IMG/VR virus record: IMGVR_UViG_3300044630_004371
Location: 1-64,000 of that record
Length of the DNA: 64,000 bases
DNA from: a virus
Reading direction: 5' to 3' (one strand)
Both the position numbers and the translations under genes were made by a program. Below, one piece after another: positions 30,819 through 39,745 of this stretch (its first letter is position 1; the number at the start of each line of letters is the position of its first letter). The notes beneath the pieces are model-generated. The model was not told the DNA's origin. It saw only the letters and a program-made list of their open reading frames with translations, and did no database searches.

Positions 30819-31508
30819 CTATAAATATCTTGGTCCTTTAGAAAGATTATCTGGCCACCATAATGGTTGAAGATTTTCCAATCGCCAACACTCTTTAAAC
30901 TCTGGGTCTTCTGGTGATGTAAAATTAAAACTTGACATTGGTCTTATATGGTCAACATGCCACTCACCATAATTATCCCACGTCATACCGTTTACAAATT
31001 GTTTTTCCAAATGATTCATCAATTCCTCAATCGTATACCCAAGCAATTCAAATGTTTTATTTGTTTTTTTAATACCACGCTCTTTAAGCAATTGCCAAAC
31101 AGCGGTACGGGTTCTAACACCTAAACGATACTTTGGGTCCTCAGAACGTCTTTTACGTTCATAATCACGCTTATATTTATTTACACGTTCTTTATTATCT
31201 TCCCTCCATTCAGTATGTTTTTCACGTAAATATTCTCTATTTTCTTTAGACCATTCTTTATAAAATTTGCTTCTTTTTAATTTTATATCTGGTTTAGATT
31301 CATATTTCTTTTGTGCAACTTGTCTACCTCCAATATTTCGTCTTCCAGATGACCCTAATACAATTCCATTTTCTTTAAGTGTTCTAATAATGATTGTTTT
31401 ATGTATACCCATTTTTTTGCTAATTGTTGTTGAACCTAATAGTTCTTCATTATACATACGTAAACATTCATATGTTTGTTCTGGCGTTAATTCTATTTTT
31501 TTACTCAT
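30819..31508 (-). CDS. HNH homing endonuclease
   Basis: MTWDNYGEWHVDHIRP...NLQPLW..DNLSKG HNH motif, N-terminal HTH-like segment; start refined to 31508. Confidence 0.85.
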   Translation of the reverse strand: MSKKIELTPEQTYECLRMYNEELLGSTTISKKMGIHKTIIIRTLKENGIVLGSSGRRNIGGRQVAQKKYESKPDIKLKRSKFYKEWSKENREYLREKHTEWREDNKERVNKYKRDYERKRRSEDPKYRLGVRTRTAVWQLLKERGIKKTNKTFELLGYTIEELMNHLEKQFVNGMTWDNYGEWHVDHIRPMSSFNFTSPEDPEFKECWRLENLQPLWWPDNLSKGPRYL

Positions 31509-31552
31509 AATATAAATATACAAACAATCTATTTAAAAGTCAAGTACTAAAA

Positions 31553-31582
31553 ACAAAAAAGGTGAGAAAAATCTCACCTTTT
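31553..31582 (-). terminator. Intrinsic terminator of major capsid gene
   Basis: Minus strand AAAAGGTGAGA-TTTT-TCTCACCTTTTTT. Confidence 0.8.
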
Positions 31583-31603
31583 AAGTTTTTATTTTAGAAT
31601 TAA

Positions 31604-33493
31604 TTATCTTAATTCAGCTACATTGAAGGTTGGAACACCGTCTACACGCACGTGGCCGTAGAACCTATTATTCACAACTTTTTTAGCGTAACGAGTCATG
31701 ATACCTTTAACTGGAGCAAAGTTAAAAGGATTGTACATTGTTGGAGTCAATTGCAATGGCACGTATGGTGCGTAAATGTAACCTGTATCCAATAATGATT
31801 TACCTTTGTGACCAACGACTACTGAGTAAGCTGGAGCATAAGGGTCACGGTACACTTGGTAACGTCCACTTAAAGTTCCGATTCTTTCAATACCCATGTT
31901 GTATTGGTCTTGCTCTGGGTTAGCATCTGATACGTGGAAATATTCCAAATCATCGAAAATTGCAGAGATTTCAGAAGAAACCACGATGAAGTTAGCACCA
32001 CCACGAAGAGTTGATTTATGAATTTGAGCACTCAATTGGTTAACTCTAGTAAGAAGAGTTTGGTTCCAGTCTTTTTGAGTGTATGGGCTAGCAGCAGAAG
32101 AAGCTTTTCTCCAACCGTTGTAGTCCCAACGTAATTGCCATGCAGCAGCTTTACGTAAATCTCTAAGGATTTCACGGTCAATTTCCGCAGCAACTTGTTC
32201 TGACAACATAGCTGTCAATTCAGCTTCAGCATCAATGTTGTGGAATGCACTAACATCTTGAGCCAATTCTGGTGACCATGTTGCACGTAATTTTCTTTCT
32301 TCAACAGCAACTACAACTTCAGAAAGTGTGAAAGAAACCTCTCCCAATTCTGTTTCAAGTTCTAATGAAGAATATTCAGCCCATGCAAAACTTAAACTGT
32401 TAGTAACAGCTGAAGTTGAATAAGCAATACCACCAGTAGCACCAGTTGTACCTACATAACCATCATAAGTTGAAGTACCAGCAAGGGCAGTACCACTAGC
32501 AGTTGTACCAACTGGATGACGGAAATCTAATTCAAGATAGATAAGACCAGTATCAGTTACCAAGTTAGATGTTGGATTTTGAACGATAGCCTTGCCATAT
32601 TGTTGAGTTACTACACGGAAAGGAATTTCTTTGTTAGTAGCAATAACTGTGTTACCATCAGAATCTTTATAGTTACCACCAGCAACAACGTGCAATGAAG
32701 CCAAGAATGATTCAGTATCCATGTTGTTACCATCTGGACCAGTTAATACTTCACGTCCATTAGAACCAGCACCACCAGAGAAACCAGAAAGACCTACGAT
32801 TGCACTTCTAACTGAACCATCAGTAGATGTTGGCAATAAAGTAGCACCATAAGTAGGGGTTAATGAACCATCTGAATTAAATGTGAAGGTTGTGTAAGTT
32901 GTTTGTGTTTTGATAGTAAGAGTACCTTTTGAATTGTCGAATAAACCGTCATTGTAGAAGATATCATACATGTTTTTAGCTTGGAACTGAGTCAATGGAG
33001 TTGAAGCTTTAGTAGCAGCAACTGGCAACGCAGCAGCAGTAGCAACACCGTTGTGTTCACCATTCAAACCAGTGTGAGCTGAGAATGTTGTACCATAAAC
33101 GTCTGAACTTGGACTTAATGAATAATCATCACCAGCAACACCAGCAGAGTTTACACGGCTAGATGTTTGAGGGACAAAGAAGAACAATTTACCAATAGGC
33201 ATGTTCATAGCTTGTACAGACACGATGTCGTTAGCTAATAATTTAGAGAAAACTCTACGTACAATTGGGAATACAACTGTTTCGAAAGAACCAGAAGATT
33301 GTGCAGTTGTAGACTCAGTAAGTAATGTAGAAGCTTGGTTCTCATATAACTGAGCGATATTTTCTTTTACGTGGCCTTTAAGACCGTCAAGGAAGCCTAA
33401 GCTATCCCATTTTGATTGGGTTTCTTTACGGATAGCCTTCATGTGGTTCAATCCGATATTACCCACTTGTCCAGATGTTAATAAATGTGACAT
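31604..33493 (-). CDS. gp23: Major capsid protein, T4 gp23-like
   Basis: PIVRRVF..L.ANDIVSVQAM..P.G, RKLRATWSPELAQD..AFHNIDAEAEL, AEIDREI, YAPYVPL, GIMTRYA. Confidence 0.95.
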   Translation of the reverse strand: MSHLLTSGQVGNIGLNHMKAIRKETQSKWDSLGFLDGLKGHVKENIAQLYENQASTLLTESTTAQSSGSFETVVFPIVRRVFSKLLANDIVSVQAMNMPIGKLFFFVPQTSSRVNSAGVAGDDYSLSPSSDVYGTTFSAHTGLNGEHNGVATAAALPVAATKASTPLTQFQAKNMYDIFYNDGLFDNSKGTLTIKTQTTYTTFTFNSDGSLTPTYGATLLPTSTDGSVRSAIVGLSGFSGGAGSNGREVLTGPDGNNMDTESFLASLHVVAGGNYKDSDGNTVIATNKEIPFRVVTQQYGKAIVQNPTSNLVTDTGLIYLELDFRHPVGTTASGTALAGTSTYDGYVGTTGATGGIAYSTSAVTNSLSFAWAEYSSLELETELGEVSFTLSEVVVAVEERKLRATWSPELAQDVSAFHNIDAEAELTAMLSEQVAAEIDREILRDLRKAAAWQLRWDYNGWRKASSAASPYTQKDWNQTLLTRVNQLSAQIHKSTLRGGANFIVVSSEISAIFDDLEYFHVSDANPEQDQYNMGIERIGTLSGRYQVYRDPYAPAYSVVVGHKGKSLLDTGYIYAPYVPLQLTPTMYNPFNFAPVKGIMTRYAKKVVNNRFYGHVRVDGVPTFNVAELR

Positions 33494-33527
33494 GTTTTTA
33501 TTTGTTTTAGTTTTTTGTTATTTGTTA

Positions 33528-34793
33528 TTATTTTCTTTCAACTCTATTAATCAAATCTAAGATTCGTTTAGTTGAAGGGTCTACATACGCAGTACTTTCG
33601 TTCAATTGTCTTGAAGAACTTGTTGTAGCTTCTTTAATGATTTTGTTTTCTACTGATTCAGAAATTGGTTTTCTAGTTTCCAATTCGTTGACAATAGTTT
33701 TGTACAACTTTTTAGATTCTTTAAGACTTAAAACATCTTCATCAAATCTTTTAATGATGTTTTGTTTTTCAACCTTAGTAGTAGCGTGTTCGGTAAACAA
33801 TTTAGTTACATAAGTAAGATTGCTATTAAACACTACAGTTTCTACCAATTTTGTTCTAAACTCTTTCAAAGCTGTTCTGAACTCTTGGTTCTCAGCTCTC
33901 AATTTGCTAGCTTCAGTCAATAAAAGGTTATATTTTTTGGTTGTTTCAGAAACAAGTTTCTTAGTGGCTTCAGTGATAGATTTAGGGTTTTCTGGAGCTC
34001 CAATTGATTTTGGTCCTTTACCACGATGTGTTCCCACGCTCATATTAGTACCAATACTAATTTTTTCTTCAATAGGTTCTTCTTCAGACTCTTCCTCTTC
34101 TTCTTCCTCTTCACCTTCTTCATCATCCACAGACATCAAATCAGTTGGTTCTTCACCATCTTCTTCGTCACCCATTTCGATTTCATAATCTACGTCACCT
34201 TCTTCATCACCCATTTCTGGTTCCATTTCTGGTTCCATTTCTGGTTCCATTTCTGGTTCCATTTCTGTAGAACCTTTAAGGTCAGATGTTTTGATAACGT
34301 ATTCTCCTGGTTCAGAGACACTAAGGTGAATTTCGTCACCCACGATTTCGATTTCATCATCACCACTCAATTTCTTGTAGATTGCGATAACGTCATCATC
34401 TGATGCAGATGTCATGTCCAATTCTTCTGATGCACCTAAGTCATCCATTCCTTCTTCGTATGTCATGCCTTCAGCTTCCATACCTTCTGTGTCCATACCT
34501 TCTGTCATTTTTTTAGATTTAGCTTTTTCTTTCTTTTCAGAACCACCTTTGCCATGTTCAGCTTTTTCTTCTTTTTCAGATTCACCAGCTTCATGTTCTT
34601 CATGTGATTCTTCATTTACAGAACCAACTTCCTCTTCTTCATAAACCTCTCTAGTTAGAGATTCTTTCACAACACCATCAATTTCTTCTCTAGCTACGCT
34701 ACGAAGTATTTCTTTTGTGTTGGCATTGAGAGCACTTTGAATATTTTTAATATCCAATAAAGCTTCTTCAAGTATTGATTTTTTGTCTGCCAT
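33528..34793 (-). CDS. Prohead core/scaffolding protein
   Basis: Very acidic, coiled-coil C-terminus, located between protease and capsid genes. Confidence 0.75.
   Translation of the reverse strand: MADKKSILEEALLDIKNIQSALNANTKEILRSVAREEIDGVVKESLTREVYEEEEVGSVNEESHEEHEAGESEKEEKAEHGKGGSEKKEKAKSKKMTEGMDTEGMEAEGMTYEEGMDDLGASEELDMTSASDDDVIAIYKKLSGDDEIEIVGDEIHLSVSEPGEYVIKTSDLKGSTEMEPEMEPEMEPEMEPEMGDEEGDVDYEIEMGDEEDGEEPTDLMSVDDEEGEEEEEEEESEEEPIEEKISIGTNMSVGTHRGKGPKSIGAPENPKSITEATKKLVSETTKKYNLLLTEASKLRAENQEFRTALKEFRTKLVETVVFNSNLTYVTKLFTEHATTKVEKQNIIKRFDEDVLSLKESKKLYKTIVNELETRKPISESVENKIIKEATTSSSRQLNESTAYVDPSTKRILDLINRVERK
34211..34267. repeat. 12-bp tandem repeat (EPEM)n in scaffold gene
   Basis: CCATTTCTGGTT x4 plus partial fifth copy. 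Confidence 0.9.
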
Positions 34794-34914
34794 TTTAGTG
34801 TTTGTTTATTTTTAATTTTTAGATAAATAAAATTATATTTACCTTATTTGATAATAAATATATGTCTTTTGATGAAAAGACGAATACAAGTTAAAAAAAA
34901 TGATTTTTTTTACT

Positions 34915-35637
34915 TTAATCGGTCAAAAAATTATCAAGTTTATCAGTTAGGTTCTCTTTGATGATAGATTTTTTAATTTCTACGTTCTCTACATAGGGTT
35001 TAGACTCTTCAACATTCCTAAAAATCCATGCGTCTGGTGTTGATGGAGCTGTTACTACGTCCCAGCAGATAATCTCAAAATCATCTTGAACAATTTGTTC
35101 ACCATTTCTACCTTCTTTCAATGAACCAACACCTCTAGATGATACACCAATCTTTATTCTATTTCTCAATAGATTAGCTACTTCATCACCTTTGGTTGAA
35201 ACAATACCGTAATTGATAAAACCAGGTGTCATAAGGATTTCCATTTTACCCATAAGAGTATGAGCTTCCCACCATGTTTCGATAATATTATGTGAAATTC
35301 TATCACCAGCGATAATACTAGATTCTGGGTGGTCTAATTCACCAACAGCACTACGCTCTCTAATTGCTTTTTGATATAGTTCGTTTTGTCTTACAAGGAT
35401 TTCTTTCGGATATATACGTCCATTACGGTTTAGGATACCGTATTTTTGGAGAATAACGTAAACTACTAGTGGTTCGGCAATAACCAATTTACCAGTTTCT
35501 AATTTTCTTAACTCATTGATAAAAGGCTGGTTTCTTGGTTCGTCTGGGCTTATATAGCCAGCATCGTGCTCAATCAATCCACCCCACCCACTTTCACCAC
35601 GTTTTAGTACTTTAAAATCTTTATAATTTATATCCAT
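34915..35637 (-). CDS. gp21: Prohead core protease, T4 gp21-like
   Basis: NRNGRIYP, GELDHP, SHNI, GVSSRGVGS, WDVVTAPSTPDA. Confidence 0.92.
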   Translation of the reverse strand: MDINYKDFKVLKRGESGWGGLIEHDAGYISPDEPRNQPFINELRKLETGKLVIAEPLVVYVILQKYGILNRNGRIYPKEILVRQNELYQKAIRERSAVGELDHPESSIIAGDRISHNIIETWWEAHTLMGKMEILMTPGFINYGIVSTKGDEVANLLRNRIKIGVSSRGVGSLKEGRNGEQIVQDDFEIICWDVVTAPSTPDAWIFRNVEESKPYVENVEIKKSIIKENLTDKLDNFLTD

Positions 35638-35674
35638 GTTTGCTAGTTTATAGATATAAATATATAAAATAAAT

Positions 35675-35710
35675 AAAAAAAGCCCTACTTCAATAGTAGG
35701 GCTTTGTTTT
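35675..35710 (-). terminator. Intrinsic terminator
   Basis: AAAGCCCTACT-TCAAT-AGTAGGGCTTT with A-run on + strand. Confidence 0.75.
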
Positions 35711-36153
35711 TATTTTTTTTTCTTGTGGAAAATAAATGTGTCGTTGTTATCAAAAACATTTTTAATCAAATAATTTGATACGTCAGTTAGTACGTTTGTC
35801 ATATATTCTGAGTTTACTGGTGTTTCAATTTCAGAAAATAATGTAATGTCACAACTCATAAAACTACGTTTTCCATATCTTATACCAGATTCTCTAATAT
35901 CAAAATCTACAATTGTTTTTTCTTTTATAAAGTTTGAACTCTTGTCATCATTAAAAAAATAATAAAGTTGTTGTTTTACTTTTTTATTGATGTTTCTGAT
36001 AACCCTAGAATAATTTATATCTGTTTCGTGTTTGGGTTCGACCCATGCTGAAAGGTTGATATAAACGGCTTTAGCTTTTTTGTTGTTTACACTTCCAAAG
36101 ATTATATTATAATCTTTTGAAATATTAGTTTTTACTTCTTTTCCTGTTTTCAT
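35710..36153 (-). CDS. Hypothetical protein
   Basis: ORF with own host-type promoter and terminator. Confidence 0.7.
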   Translation of the reverse strand: MKTGKEVKTNISKDYNIIFGSVNNKKAKAVYINLSAWVEPKHETDINYSRVIRNINKKVKQQLYYFFNDDKSSNFIKEKTIVDFDIRESGIRYGKRSFMSCDITLFSEIETPVNSEYMTNVLTDVSNYLIKNVFDNNDTFIFHKKKK

Positions 36154-36170
36154 TTTACCTGGTTTTTATA

Positions 36171-36201
36171 CAAATATAATGAAAATATTTCATAGTGTCA
36201 A
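36171..36201 (-). promoter_or_regulatory. Bacteroidota-type promoter TTGACA-N17-TATATTTG
   Basis: Matches TTG / TAnnTTTG consensus upstream of 36153. Confidence 0.6.
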
Positions 36202-36206
36202 GTACT

Positions 36207-36545
36207 TTATTTTAACTTAACCCAAACAGCTACCACAATACCAATAGTTATTTGTACAAAGGTAATGATAGCTATTGCCGCTGCCCATCTATTCTTTTGA
36301 TGATATAATTCATCTTTGGCTTCTTTCATTTGTGATGGCGACCATACATCATTAACCTTTTCAATCCATTTGGCTTGATTTTCAACTTTACCTTCAGTAT
36401 TCTTAAATTCAGTAAGTTTTAAGTTAAGTTCTGAGAAACGACTATCCATATCGGTTCTCATTTTATCATAGTTATCGTTAAGGCGTTCTAATTCTTTGAG
36501 AACCAATTTACTGTAGTCCCCCCAAGTTCCTGTTTCTTCTGACAT
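36207..36545 (-). CDS. Coiled-coil protein with C-terminal transmembrane helix
   Basis: WAAAIAIITFVQITIGIVVAVWV hydrophobic tail. Confidence 0.65.
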   Translation of the reverse strand: MSEETGTWGDYSKLVLKELERLNDNYDKMRTDMDSRFSELNLKLTEFKNTEGKVENQAKWIEKVNDVWSPSQMKEAKDELYHQKNRWAAAIAIITFVQITIGIVVAVWVKLK

Positions 36546-36547
36546 GG

Positions 36548-36769
36548 TTAAAATTTAATATTGATTAAAATGTTATTTATTTTTAGGCACATTTTCTCAT
36601 AACACTTAATTTTGTTCTGTGATGTCAATTGTAAAGCTTCTTCTTCACATTCCTCAACCACAGATTTTACATTTTTTAAAACTTTTTCGTAATCACCATC
36701 AGGATATTTACATATTTTATTGGTTAATTCTCTTAACTTTAAAATATTTTCGCTTGTAACACTTGCCAT
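36548..36769 (-). CDS. Hypothetical protein
   Basis: Small ORF packed in operon. Confidence 0.55.
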   Translation of the reverse strand: MASVTSENILKLRELTNKICKYPDGDYEKVLKNVKSVVEECEEEALQLTSQNKIKCYEKMCLKINNILINIKF

Positions 36770-36781
36770 TGTTTATAACTT

Positions 36782-37579
36782 TTAGTTTTCTTTTAAATTA
36801 CTTCTTAGTTCTACAATCTTTGAAATATTTTTTATGAAATCTTCATTGATATCTTGTTTATCGTTTAAAAGCTTATCTTTGACTCTTAAAAGTTTATCTT
36901 TAGCGTTTAAATCAGTTGTGTCAAGTTTCTCATCAATAAATGCGATACACTCTCTAATTGTGTTTGAATAAACTTCTTTCTTTTCCTCATCTGTTGAATC
37001 AATCAAAGTTTTTAAAATTTTCCTTTCTGATTCATCCAATGAAGCATATTTTTCGTTGTATTTATCAACCATCATTGTACTTAACATACTGTTAGGTAAT
37101 TCAATCGCCTCAGTTAAAGTTTTAGCTTTGTTGTTCACAATCCAATCAACAACCTTGCTTGTAGCTTCTACAATAGTATCAACTGTTTCTGGATTTTTGT
37201 TTGTGAAGATAAGGATTGAAACATTTTCATATAACTCTGTTTTACCGTCATAAAGTTCTGCTTCAAAAAGCTTTTTCTCTAAATTTATCAATTTTGTATT
37301 GGCTTCTAAAATATCTTTTTTGTTGAACTTAGAAAACAATTTAATGTTTTCCTTTACGAACATAGTGGCTTTGGTCACATCTGACTCTACCTTTTGTTCA
37401 ATATTGGTATAAACCAAAAATTGAGTCTTAAGAATTTTGTTTTCTGCTATACATTTAACGTAACTCTTAAATAACTCTTTTTTTGATTTATCATCTGACA
37501 TAACGCTTTCAGCTAAAATTGTGTTATAAACACTCTTAATATGGCCGAAGTTTTTTGTTATTAATGTTAAATCTGTCAT
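36782..37579 (-). CDS. Hypothetical head-module protein
   Basis: ORF between portal and protease; ATATTTAT motif at 37596-37603. Confidence 0.7.
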   Translation of the reverse strand: MTDLTLITKNFGHIKSVYNTILAESVMSDDKSKKELFKSYVKCIAENKILKTQFLVYTNIEQKVESDVTKATMFVKENIKLFSKFNKKDILEANTKLINLEKKLFEAELYDGKTELYENVSILIFTNKNPETVDTIVEATSKVVDWIVNNKAKTLTEAIELPNSMLSTMMVDKYNEKYASLDESERKILKTLIDSTDEEKKEVYSNTIRECIAFIDEKLDTTDLNAKDKLLRVKDKLLNDKQDINEDFIKNISKIVELRSNLKEN

Positions 37580-37625
37580 TATTACTGTTTAATTAATAAA
37601 TATCATTATTTACCACAAAAATTGA

Positions 37626-39689
37626 TTACTCATCCAACATTTTATCAATGTCGTTAATCATTTCGTCAATTTCTTTATTTACCTTGACGTTTTTATCGTA
37701 AATTTTTATTTTTTCTACGTGTTCTTTTGGTGTTGATTTTACTGATTCGATAAGTCTTTCTACAAATCTACCTTGATATTTCTTGGTTCTTTCATTTAAC
37801 TTCTTAGCCAAAACAACCTTTTGTTCTTTAAGTAATTTTTGTATTTTCTTTACTGATTCAGTTACTTCAGTTGGGGTTTCTTCAGCACCAGCTTCTTCAG
37901 CACCAGCTTCTGTTTCGGCAGCACCTTCTTCACCACCAGCTTCTGTAGCTGCTTCGCTTTCACCTTCATCACCAAAATCTAAATCTTCACCGCCAGTTCC
38001 ACCTCCACCAAATGAACCGCCTAGGCCACCACCGCCACCGCCACCGCCGCCGCCACTGCTGCTTTCTCCACCACCTTCTTCACCACCACCATCTCCACCA
38101 CCTTTAAGGGCAAGTTTAAAATCACCATAAACTCTATCTACAATATCAAACATACCAGTGTGTTTTATTACACTAGAAGAGTTGGCCAATTCAGCAGCTG
38201 CTGCTTTTTCCATACGTTGTTCAAGCAAGTCTTGTTTGATTTCATCATCAGACATACCCAAGATATCTCTCTTACCACGAGTCATTGACATAGCACCAAA
38301 TCCGTTTCCAGAATCAGATACCGCATCTTTGTAAAGTGTAACCTTGGTTTGCATGTGTTCAATCTTAAGCATTTCAGCTTGAGTTGATGGATTGTTAAGG
38401 GTAAGTGTAAAATTATCAAAATCTTCTTCAAATCCTAACAAATACAGATGAATGATGGCAATCTTGTTAAATTCTTGTAACATAGCTTGTTGTATTCTGT
38501 TTATAGTTCTAGAAAAACGTATGTCTTGCAATGCAAGGTTTTTACCTTCACCAGTTGTATCATCAAAACCCAAGAATGGCTTAGGAACTCTAAGAGCTGT
38601 AAATAAATTGCTTCTCAAATACTCAATATCCGCAATTTGGTCTAGGTTTGTAGCACCTGGCAAGGTATCAATTGGGTTGGGTGCGTCTTCAGAACGAACT
38701 GGGATAAAATAATCTTGGTCGTTTGAAAGTTGATTATAACGCAAGTCCATTTGACCAGTTTGTGAGTCAATAATAGGCATACGCTTGAATCTATCTGCAA
38801 TTTGGTTTACATATGCTTCAACATCGGCATCATCAATATTACCAACATAGATTTTATATACACGTCTTTCTGGTGCACGAGTTACACGATAAACCAACAT
38901 TGAATCCTCAGAAAGGATAAGTTGTTTCCATATACGTCTAGCCTTTTCCAATACTGAAGTACCATAAGGTAAACGTCTGTCGTCTCCCAACAATCTGAAG
39001 TGAGCTATTTGCCATGAGTTGAACTCAACGTCACGTCCTCTCCAAAAAAATTTGGTTTTATCAGCTGTTGCTACTTGGCTGTTGACTGTCTCACGACCAG
39101 TAATCATATCAAACAAACCACTTTCTCTACGTTCCATTTCGTAGTTAGGCATTTGCTTGGCACCCAAGATACCATGTTTTTCATCAATATTTAAGTAAAC
39201 GAAATTATCACCATACTTGCATGTGTTTCTTGTCCACATAGGCAAAGACACATGTAAATCTAGTCTATTAAAAAATAAATCTTCAAGAATACCCTTTACA
39301 CGTTTGCTATCTGAATATATGTTCATGATTCTACCCTTGTCATTTAGAGTAGAAGATTCTTCCATCATTACATCTAAAGCAGCTGCGATGGTTGGATAAA
39401 ACTCCATGGCCTCAAAATCTGAATAAGAACCAATACGTGTTGTTTCATAGTTGATGGATTGTTGAAATAATCCATTTTCAACCTTCTTCCACATTTGCCC
39501 TAGATACTTGTTTTGTTGTGCTTGTAACTTGGTTCTTTCAAATTCAGCCTTGTTGTCTGTTTTAAGCAGTACATCATTGCCAATATTGTATCTTTGTGGT
39601 TGCGGTTGGTTTTGTTTTACTTTAGGTCCATCTGGTCCGATAATTTGACCAAGCTTCTGGAAGACCGTTAACTTTTGTTTTTCTGCCAT
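37626..39689 (-). CDS. gp20: Portal protein, T4 gp20-like
   Basis: LEKARRIWKQL.L.ED.MLVYRVTRAPERRVYKI.VGN, DYFIP.R, IDTLPG, LF.ALRVP, DIRFSRTI; Gly/Glu-rich tail. Confidence 0.92.
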   Translation of the reverse strand: MAEKQKLTVFQKLGQIIGPDGPKVKQNQPQPQRYNIGNDVLLKTDNKAEFERTKLQAQQNKYLGQMWKKVENGLFQQSINYETTRIGSYSDFEAMEFYPTIAAALDVMMEESSTLNDKGRIMNIYSDSKRVKGILEDLFFNRLDLHVSLPMWTRNTCKYGDNFVYLNIDEKHGILGAKQMPNYEMERRESGLFDMITGRETVNSQVATADKTKFFWRGRDVEFNSWQIAHFRLLGDDRRLPYGTSVLEKARRIWKQLILSEDSMLVYRVTRAPERRVYKIYVGNIDDADVEAYVNQIADRFKRMPIIDSQTGQMDLRYNQLSNDQDYFIPVRSEDAPNPIDTLPGATNLDQIADIEYLRSNLFTALRVPKPFLGFDDTTGEGKNLALQDIRFSRTINRIQQAMLQEFNKIAIIHLYLLGFEEDFDNFTLTLNNPSTQAEMLKIEHMQTKVTLYKDAVSDSGNGFGAMSMTRGKRDILGMSDDEIKQDLLEQRMEKAAAAELANSSSVIKHTGMFDIVDRVYGDFKLALKGGGDGGGEEGGGESSSGGGGGGGGGGLGGSFGGGGTGGEDLDFGDEGESEAATEAGGEEGAAETEAGAEEAGAEETPTEVTESVKKIQKLLKEQKVVLAKKLNERTKKYQGRFVERLIESVKSTPKEHVEKIKIYDKNVKVNKEIDEMINDIDKMLDE

Positions 39690-39745
39690 GTTGTATTTTT
39701 TATTAAATTATACTATTTTTTTATCAAAAATAAAGACTTTACACT

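Larger units (their letters stand above)
30420..31672 (-). mobile_element. HNH homing cassette at the 3' end of the major capsid gene
   Basis: HNH + passenger ORF bracketed by two versions of capsid 3' end and terminator. Confidence 0.65.

Noticed and set aside
30351-31672. Diversity-generating retroelement TR/VR pair at the capsid C-terminus
   Set aside because: Differences are synonymous and not adenine-specific; no reverse transcriptase in the window.
37860-38100. GC-rich repeat-like stretch in the portal gene
   Set aside because: Explained by the Gly/Glu/Ala low-complexity protein tail.
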